Shown here: one piece after another, positions 17,078 through 22,477 of the stretch
How positions within the stretch are numbered: position 1 is the stretch's first letter
Layout of the letters: every line of letters starts with the position of its first letter
Origin: Candidatus Nanogingivalaceae bacterium
GTDB taxonomy: Bacteria; Patescibacteriota; Saccharimonadia; Saccharimonadales; Saccharimonadaceae
Direction: 5' to 3'
Assembly (NCBI GenBank): GCA_015257795.3
Contig: CP072208.2
Span: 1-32,000, forward strand
Length of the DNA: 32,000 bases
The notes under the pieces: generated by a model
The model's input: only the letters and a program-made list of their open reading frames with translations
What the model was told of the DNA's origin: nothing
Database searches by the model: none
Position numbers and translations under genes: made by a program

Positions 17078-17164
17078 ATTTTAACCCTTTTGTCAATCTT
17101 TAAATTGTTTTTTCGAAATAAAACACTTGCTTTTTCCCTAAAAATGGTTTAAAGTATAATTATT

Positions 17165-17794
17165 ATGATTAAAAAAATAAAAAAAATAATTACAATTGGG
17201 CTAGTTTTGACGAGCTTTTTTGTAGCTTTTCAAACGTTTTTTGTATTCAGCAACGATGCATATGCGAAGCTACAGTATATAGATGGTAATGGTAATGCGG
17301 TCGATGCCCCTAAATCATCAAATAAGAAGAAGAAGGATAATAAAAAGAACAATTCAGGCTCTAATTCAGCACCAGCGCCTGCCCCTGCGCCCGCTCCTGC
17401 AAATTCAGGTTCAACATCTGGATCGAGCTCTAGTTCAAATTCCGGCTCCAGCTCTTCCAGCTCAAGTGATGGAGACGCGGGTGAAAACAAAGAAAATGAA
17501 GACGAAAAGGAGCCGATCGACAATACTCCGGAAGAAGTTAAAACAGCAATTCTTCCAGAAAGTTGGAAAATTGAAGATATTCTCAACATGATTCTGCTAG
17601 TTGTAACAACTGGAGTTGGAATTGCGGCCGTCGGTGCGATCGTTTATGCAGGTGTATTATATATAACTGCGCGAGATAATGCTGGGCAAGTTTCAAAAGC
17701 TAAAACAATGATCATGAATACGGTTATTGGTGTAGTTGCGTACATATTAATGTGGGCATTCCTACAATGGATTATTCCAGGAGGAGTCTTCTAA
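17165..17794 (+). CDS. VirB2/TrbC-like T4SS pilin paralog 1 (long Lys/Ser/Ala-Pro-rich ectodomain)
   Basis: 209 aa. Signal peptide ending AYA, low-complexity KKKKDNKKNN...APAPAPAPAPA...SSSSS region, and a C-terminal two-helix hairpin with the shared motif (IVYAGVLYITARDNAGQVSKAKTMIMNTVIGVVAYIL). Confidence 0.75.
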   Translation: MIKKIKKIITIGLVLTSFFVAFQTFFVFSNDAYAKLQYIDGNGNAVDAPKSSNKKKKDNKKNNSGSNSAPAPAPAPAPANSGSTSGSSSSSNSGSSSSSSSDGDAGENKENEDEKEPIDNTPEEVKTAILPESWKIEDILNMILLVVTTGVGIAAVGAIVYAGVLYITARDNAGQVSKAKTMIMNTVIGVVAYILMWAFLQWIIPGGVF

Positions 17795-18234
17795 TGAAAA
17801 AAATTTTATTGATGTTATCTATTATGCTTATGCCGATGATGTATTTTTCACAAAGCGCTTATGCAGACTCGGGATGTACTGGAAATGAAACTTTCTTTGG
17901 CCTTCCTGCTTGGTATCGCGGATTAGTTACTTCTGGCGAAAACGGCTGTCAGATTAAAGAGATTGGCCCTAATGATGCAAAGAATAAACACGAGATTACG
18001 ATAGAACAATTTGTTTGGACGGTCGTAGCAAATGTGATTGATATGGGATTTCGAATTGCAGGGTTGGTAGCGATGGCATTCATTATTTACGCGGGATATC
18101 AATATATGATTGCTGCTGGTGATCCAGGAATGCTTGCAAACGCAAAAAGGTCATTGACTAACGCGGTAGTTGGTCTAGTGATTGCAATTTTAGCATCAAC
18201 AATAGTAACATTTGTATTAGGAATTTTAGGATAA
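17794..18234 (+). CDS. VirB2/TrbC-like T4SS pilin paralog 2
   Basis: The ORF track starts at 17752. The ATG at 17794 (MKKILLML...) overlaps the upstream stop as TAATG and follows AGGAGG. 146 aa, signal peptide ending AYA, Cys pair in the mature N-terminus, two-helix core IIYAGYQYMIAAGDPGMLANAKRSLTNAVVGLVIAIL. Confidence 0.8.
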   Translation: MKKILLMLSIMLMPMMYFSQSAYADSGCTGNETFFGLPAWYRGLVTSGENGCQIKEIGPNDAKNKHEITIEQFVWTVVANVIDMGFRIAGLVAMAFIIYAGYQYMIAAGDPGMLANAKRSLTNAVVGLVIAILASTIVTFVLGILG

Positions 18235-18599
18235 TGGAACAATATATATTTTTAGCAGAAGAAAATGGATCTGGAGATAAGGGCGAAAGCACTTCAGATG
18301 GTTCAATAAATTTCGATAAATCCAAGGTATTTAATAACGTTGACACTTCAAATAAAGACAAAGCTAATGATGCTTCCCTTCAGAATGCGTTTAATACGGC
18401 ATTTATCTGGGCTGGAATAATTTGCGTTATCGTGATTGTTGTTGCGGGTTTGACGTTTGTTACCTCCTCTGGTAACCCTGGCCGAATTTCGAAAGCTAAA
18501 TCTGCGATAGTGTATGCATCTTTCGGAATTGGGATAATTGTCTCAGCAGCTTTAATTGTAAATCTCATTATTGGTGGGCTATTGAAAGGAAGTATTTAG
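18234..18599 (+). CDS. VirB2/TrbC-like T4SS pilin paralog 3 (no signal peptide)
   Basis: 121 aa. Start overlaps the upstream stop (TAATG). Acidic hydrophilic N-terminus instead of a signal peptide. Two-helix core VVAGLTFVTSSGNPGRISKAKSAIVYASFGIGIIV. Confidence 0.7.
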   Translation: MEQYIFLAEENGSGDKGESTSDGSINFDKSKVFNNVDTSNKDKANDASLQNAFNTAFIWAGIICVIVIVVAGLTFVTSSGNPGRISKAKSAIVYASFGIGIIVSAALIVNLIIGGLLKGSI

Positions 18600-19190
18600 A
18601 TGAAAAAGATTATTCTATTAAGTAGTATCTTATTCGCGTTCATGATGCCGACAAATGCATTTGCGGCGACCCCATTCGGTGCCTGTAAAAATGTTGTTTC
18701 CGGAAATACAGCTGTTTGCTCTGGAGATGCGAAAGACGCTAAAGAAATTGCCAAAAATATAATTTCGGTTCTTCTTTGGATTGTAGGAATGGCCTCGATA
18801 ATCGTAATTGTCTATTCAGGAATTACTTTTGTTACATCAGCAGGAAATCCAAGTCAAATCACACGAGCTAAAACAATGTTGCTGTACGCTGTAGTTGGTC
18901 TGGTAGTTTCGATTTTGGCATATGCAATTGTTAACTTTATCGTTGGAAGCGCGGGCGGAAGCAAAGGTGGATCCAGTGGTAGCTCCTCATCTTCTAGCTC
19001 AAGCTCTGGCTCTGGTGGTAATTCATCTAGCGGTTCGGGATCTTCTAATAAAAATTCAAATAATAATTCGCCAAATACTAAGTCTGATAATTCAAGCGGT
19101 AGCCAAGGCAACGATGGCAGACCTTCCTTCCCAGAACTTAACTCTGGAAAAAATGAAACAGGTGATAAAAGTATTTGGACAAAAATATAA
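18600..19190 (+). CDS. VirB2/TrbC-like T4SS pilin paralog 4 (Ser/Gly/Asn-rich C-terminal tail)
   Basis: 196 aa. The ATG abuts the upstream TAG. Signal peptide ending AFA, Cys pair, core VIVYSGITFVTSAGNPSQITRAKTMLLYAVVGLVVSILAYAIVNFIVG, then a ~75-aa S/G/N-rich tail. Confidence 0.8.
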   Translation: MKKIILLSSILFAFMMPTNAFAATPFGACKNVVSGNTAVCSGDAKDAKEIAKNIISVLLWIVGMASIIVIVYSGITFVTSAGNPSQITRAKTMLLYAVVGLVVSILAYAIVNFIVGSAGGSKGGSSGSSSSSSSSSGSGGNSSSGSGSSNKNSNNNSPNTKSDNSSGSQGNDGRPSFPELNSGKNETGDKSIWTKI

Positions 19191-19209
19191 AATAATTTAA
19201 GGAGAATAA

Positions 19210-19593
19210 ATGAAGAAAATTTTATTAGCATTCGGTTTAATTTTTGCTTTTGCTACCCCTATTGTTATGACATCGAATGTTCTAGATAATCAAGCCCATG
19301 CTGAGGGCGCTGCAGATTTAATTCAAAAAGGTGCGGACTCTACTGGTCAGAAAGATTCTCGATCGGCTGGTGACCTTGCTAAAGATTTCGTTAATATTAT
19401 GCTTTTTGCGGTTGGTATCTTAGCGGTTATCATGCTTATCTGGGGTGGTATCCGATATGTATTGTCGGGCGGAGATAGTGGTGCTGTTAGTTCAGCTAAG
19501 AAGACAATCCTTTATGCAGTAGTTGGCTTAATTGTCGCTATCTTAGCTTATGCTATCGTCAATTTTGTCATTACCACTATTGCAAAAAAATAA
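19210..19593 (+). CDS. VirB2/TrbC-like T4SS pilin paralog 5
   Basis: 127 aa. AAGGAGA RBS, signal peptide, core MLIWGGIRYVLSGGDSGAVSSAKKTILYAVVGLIVAILAYAIVNFV. The core closely resembles that of paralog 6. Confidence 0.85.
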   Translation: MKKILLAFGLIFAFATPIVMTSNVLDNQAHAEGAADLIQKGADSTGQKDSRSAGDLAKDFVNIMLFAVGILAVIMLIWGGIRYVLSGGDSGAVSSAKKTILYAVVGLIVAILAYAIVNFVITTIAKK

Positions 19594-19607
19594 AATTTTG
19601 GTATAAT
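19580..19607 (+). promoter_or_regulatory. Promoter of pilin paralog 6 (TTGCAA-N16-TATAAT with TGG extended -10)
   Basis: TTGCAA at 19580-19585 and TGGTATAAT at 19599-19607. The 16-mer TGGTATAATTTAAGTA is identical to the one in the dnaN promoter (1751-1766). Confidence 0.6.
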
Positions 19608-19649
19608 TTAAGTATAAAATAACTTTTTAAGAAAGGAAATTAATTTAAA

Positions 19650-20063
19650 ATGAAAAATTTTGTAAAAACAGCTTTATTAGCTGCTGTAACAGTGTTCGCT
19701 GTTGGTGCTACAACATTTGCGACTCCAGCATATGCTGCCGATTGTAAAGTTACTGGTGGTCTAAAAGCTGCCGATAGCTGTGCTAAAGGTGTTCAAGAAG
19801 AAAATGGTGGACCAACAAGCTTGTTTGACGGAGACTCACCAATTTTCACAACAGCAATCAACATTATGCTCTTCATTATTGGTATTCTTAGCGTGATTAT
19901 GCTTATCTATGGTGGTATCCGATATGTTCTTTCAAGTGGTGATTCTGGTGCTGTGACAAATGCTAAAAATACAATTATGTATGCTATTATCGGTCTTGTT
20001 ATCGCTATCTTGGCTTACGCTATTGTTAACTTCGTTATTGGATCAATTACAAATAAGAACTAA
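19650..20063 (+). CDS. VirB2/TrbC-like T4SS pilin paralog 6 (own promoter and terminator; candidate major subunit)
   Basis: 137 aa. GAAAGGAAA RBS, signal peptide ending AYA, Cys pair (ADCKVTGGLKAADSC), core MLIYGGIRYVLSSGDSGAVTNAKNTIMYAIIGLVIAILAYAIVNFVIG. Confidence 0.88.
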   Translation: MKNFVKTALLAAVTVFAVGATTFATPAYAADCKVTGGLKAADSCAKGVQEENGGPTSLFDGDSPIFTTAINIMLFIIGILSVIMLIYGGIRYVLSSGDSGAVTNAKNTIMYAIIGLVIAILAYAIVNFVIGSITNKN

Positions 20064-20078
20064 AGTTAATAAAAATAA

Positions 20079-20110
20079 AAAGAGACTTTCTAATGAGGTC
20101 TCTTTTTATA
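20079..20110 (+). terminator. Intrinsic terminator after the pilin array
   Basis: Stem aaagagac (20079-20086) pairs with gtctcttt (20098-20105), followed by a T-run. Confidence 0.7.
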
Positions 20111-20130
20111 TTGGGATTAATATGACGTAA

Positions 20131-20165
20131 AAATAAAAATCTCGAATGGTTAATTCGAGATTTTT
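20131..20165 (-). terminator. Intrinsic terminator after the hsp20-family gene
   Basis: Stem atctcgaat pairs with attcgagat (about 20138-20161). On the minus strand it is followed by TTTTATTTTT. Confidence 0.65.
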
Positions 20166-20169
20166 AGAT

Positions 20170-20637
20170 TTATAGAACTTTGATTCGTGTTGCTTGAGTT
20201 TTTAGCTTTGTAAAGCTAATTGTTAGAATTCCATCTTTCAACATCGCCTCAACTTCATCTTCCTTGATTGGAACTGGAAGTGTTAATGTTCGACTGAATT
20301 CTCCCCAGTAACATTCTTGAGCATGATGAGCAATAATTCCCTCTTGATCACCAGGATTTAAGCTACCGCTAATTGTTAAAGTTCCGTCTGAAAGTGAAAC
20401 ATCCAAGTCATTTTTGTTTACGCCTGCAGTTCGCGCTTTAACAAAAAGTTTATCTTCTGTTTCGTAAACATCAACAGCGAGCTGACCTGGAAGTTCATTC
20501 TCTTCTTCAGCCATTTCAATTTGTTCAGATTCTGCGAAAGCTTCGTCTTTTGAAGTTTCCATTAGATCATCACCAAAGTTGAAAGCAGCTTCGAGCTCAT
20601 CATTCAAAAAGCTGTCATCATTTTGTCTTCTAGCCAT
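20170..20637 (-). CDS. Hsp20/alpha-crystallin family small heat-shock protein
   Basis: 155 aa. Acidic N-terminus, then an alpha-crystallin domain (LAVDVYETEDKLFVKARTAGVNKNDLDVSLSDGTLTISGS ... FSRTLTLPVPIKEDEVEAMLKDGILTISFTK). A TTGATT-N17-TATAAT promoter lies upstream on the minus strand. Confidence 0.9.
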   Translation of the reverse strand: MARRQNDDSFLNDELEAAFNFGDDLMETSKDEAFAESEQIEMAEEENELPGQLAVDVYETEDKLFVKARTAGVNKNDLDVSLSDGTLTISGSLNPGDQEGIIAHHAQECYWGEFSRTLTLPVPIKEDEVEAMLKDGILTISFTKLKTQATRIKVL

Positions 20638-20726
20638 TTTTCCTCCACATTAATTACTAAATAGGCTTAATTTACTTTATTATACCGCACTTTTGCTGTA
20701 TAATCAAGGGGTAGAAACGATTTTTT

Positions 20727-21380
20727 ATGAAGAAAAGCATATACGAAATAGTTTTAGATTCATTTGCGCCTGAAAGGTGTTATTTTTGTGGAAAACTTAG
20801 TAGTCCTATTTGCGAAAAGTGCTTTAAAAGCTATTGTGGATTTGGAAAAATTCTTTCGAAACCGAATTCTGTGATTTCGAAAGAATTTTATCTATCGGAG
20901 CGTTCTGGCGAGCTTCAAAAAATGGTTGATGAGTTTAAGCTTCAGAGCAAGCGGCAAAATTGCCGACCTTTAGTGCGGCTTTTTGTTGACTTCTTGCTTT
21001 CGAAAGAAGTTTTTCTTCAAAATCGTGATAAAATAGTTTTAATTCCTATTCCAACACTCTCGAGTCATATTCGTGAGCGTGGATTTGATCATACCGAGAT
21101 GTTGGCGAAAAATCTTTCGGATATGCTTGATGTTCAGAAAATACAAATTGTTCAAAAAATTGAAAAAACTTCACAACGGGGTGCAGACTTTAAAACTCGT
21201 CAAATTCAAGCTAAAAAATCTTATAAATTTATCGGCGAGAAGCTTTCACAAGATAAAATCTATGTCATTCTTGATGATATTCGAACGACTGGCGCGACTT
21301 TAAATTCGATTGCGAAAATTCTCCGCAAAAACGGTGCAAAAGAAATTTGGGCATTTTATCTGCTTCAACAAGAAAAATAA
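20727..21380 (+). CDS. comFC: ComF-family phosphoribosyltransferase-fold protein (ComFC-like)
   Basis: 217 aa. N-terminal CxxC...CxxC zinc-finger-like motif (CYFCGK...CEKC) and C-terminal PRTase motif VILDDIRTTGATL. Confidence 0.8.
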   Translation: MKKSIYEIVLDSFAPERCYFCGKLSSPICEKCFKSYCGFGKILSKPNSVISKEFYLSERSGELQKMVDEFKLQSKRQNCRPLVRLFVDFLLSKEVFLQNRDKIVLIPIPTLSSHIRERGFDHTEMLAKNLSDMLDVQKIQIVQKIEKTSQRGADFKTRQIQAKKSYKFIGEKLSQDKIYVILDDIRTTGATLNSIAKILRKNGAKEIWAFYLLQQEK

Positions 21381-21421
21381 CTTGAGCTTTTAAAAAAAGT
21401 ATGTTATAATGGTTTTTATCT

Positions 21422-21511
21422 GGAGAGGTGGCCGAGTGGTTGAAGGCACCGGTCTTGAAAACCGGCATGCGGTAAAACGTATCGAGGGTTCGAATCCCTC
21501 CTTCTCCGCCA
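21422..21511 (+). tRNA. tRNA-Ser (anticodon UGA), CCA encoded
   Basis: Acceptor GGAGAGG/CTTCTCC, anticodon stem ccggt/accgg with loop cTTGAaa, long variable arm, T-arm gaggg-ttcgaat-ccctc, terminal GCCA. Confidence 0.93.
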
Positions 21512-21597
21512 GAAGATAGAATCTCACCGTTTGGTGGGGTTTTATCTTTTTTTATTTTTTTGTAAATTTAAACAGCTTATGCTATAATAAAAATATT

Positions 21598-22254
21598 ATG
21601 AATTTTGATAACGAGAATCAAAACAATGTCCCTCGTGTGACTGGGCTGCCTGAATCACAATTTCAAACTCCAAGTTCGGGTCATTTCATGGCTGAAAATA
21701 CGGACCACAGCTATGAAAATGAATCTTTCCAGACGCAAGAATATAGGACTGTTGAAAATAATGAGATGCAGAATCCCGATAATATAACTGAGGAACGAGA
21801 AATTGCAAATTGGCAGGCTCAAGACCTAATTATTGGCGATAAAAATGAAGTTTGGTATTTGTTCTTTTTTCTAGCCAGCTTATTATTGTGTGGGTTTGCA
21901 ATTTGGGCTCAAAGCTGGACTTTTCTTGCATTAATAATCGTATCTTCGATTGGAATTCTTGTTCTTCGAAAATCTGATCGTTCACAAATTATCTCATATA
22001 GTCTTTCGAATCATGGAATTTATATGGGTACCACTTTTCATGCATATGACGAGTTCCGTGCTTTTGGTGTACGTAAAGAAAGTTCGACATACTCGATCGT
22101 ATTTCTACCTAAAAAACGTTTTGCGCCAAGCACTGTGATTTACTTCCCTAAAGATTACGGTGAAAAAATTACTGATATTATCGGCGCACGCTTACCAATG
22201 GAAGAAGTTAAATTTGATCTCATCGATAAGATTATCCGGAAAATAAAACTTTAA
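21598..22254 (+). CDS. Hypothetical membrane protein (disordered N-terminus, two TM helices, small C-terminal domain)
   Basis: 218 aa. TM pair VWYLFFFLASLLLCGFAIWA / FLALIIVSSIGILVL. TATAAT at 21583-21588 lies only 9 nt before the ATG and there is no SD. Confidence 0.7.
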   Translation: MNFDNENQNNVPRVTGLPESQFQTPSSGHFMAENTDHSYENESFQTQEYRTVENNEMQNPDNITEEREIANWQAQDLIIGDKNEVWYLFFFLASLLLCGFAIWAQSWTFLALIIVSSIGILVLRKSDRSQIISYSLSNHGIYMGTTFHAYDEFRAFGVRKESSTYSIVFLPKKRFAPSTVIYFPKDYGEKITDIIGARLPMEEVKFDLIDKIIRKIKL

Positions 22255-22257
22255 TTC

Positions 22258-22286
22258 TTGCAAAAATATAAAAAATATGCTAGAAT
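22258..22286 (+). promoter_or_regulatory. Promoter of tRNA-Arg (TTGCAA-N17-TAGAAT, TGC extended -10)
   Basis: TTGCAA at 22258-22263, 17-nt spacer, TGCTAGAAT at 22278-22286. Confidence 0.55.
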
Positions 22287-22343
22287 TAAAAAGTCCATTA
22301 ACGTGGAAGAACTTCAAAAGTTAGCTACTGAAAAGTAGCATAT

Positions 22344-22420
22344 GCACCTGTAGCTCAGCTGGATAGAGCGTTGGCTTGCGGAGCCAAAGGTCGTAAGTTC
22401 GAATCTTGCCAGGTGTACCA
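22344..22420 (+). tRNA. tRNA-Arg with anticodon GCG, CCA encoded
   Basis: Cloverleaf folded by hand: acceptor GCACCTG/CAGGTGT, D-arm gctc-agctggata-gagc (A20 present), anticodon stem ttggc/gccaa with loop tTGCGga, T-arm gtaag-ttcgaat-cttgc, ACCA end. The backbone resembles Bacillus-type tRNA-Arg(ACG) apart from G34. Confidence 0.85.
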
Positions 22421-22427
22421 TAGAAAA

Positions 22428-22454
22428 AGCATCAGAGTAATCTGGTGTTTTTTC
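22428..22454 (+). terminator. Intrinsic terminator after tRNA-Arg
   Basis: 7-bp stem catcaga (22430-22436) pairs with tctggtg (22441-22447), then a T-run at 22448-22453. Confidence 0.6.
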
Positions 22455-22477
22455 TATTTTGGTAGTATAATAAACTT

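Noticed and set aside
17078-17164. Imperfect inverted repeat (TTTTAACCCTTTT ... AAAAATGGTTTAAA) in the divergent VirB6-pilin intergenic region, as a possible operator.
   Set aside because: It has two mismatches in an extremely AT-rich 87-bp spacer, so it is indistinguishable from chance without comparative data.
17752-17793. Upstream extension of pilin paralog 2 (MGIPTMDYSRRSLL).
   Set aside because: It overlaps the 3' end of paralog 1. The ATG at 17794 follows AGGAGG, forms a TAATG coupling junction and yields a proper signal peptide.
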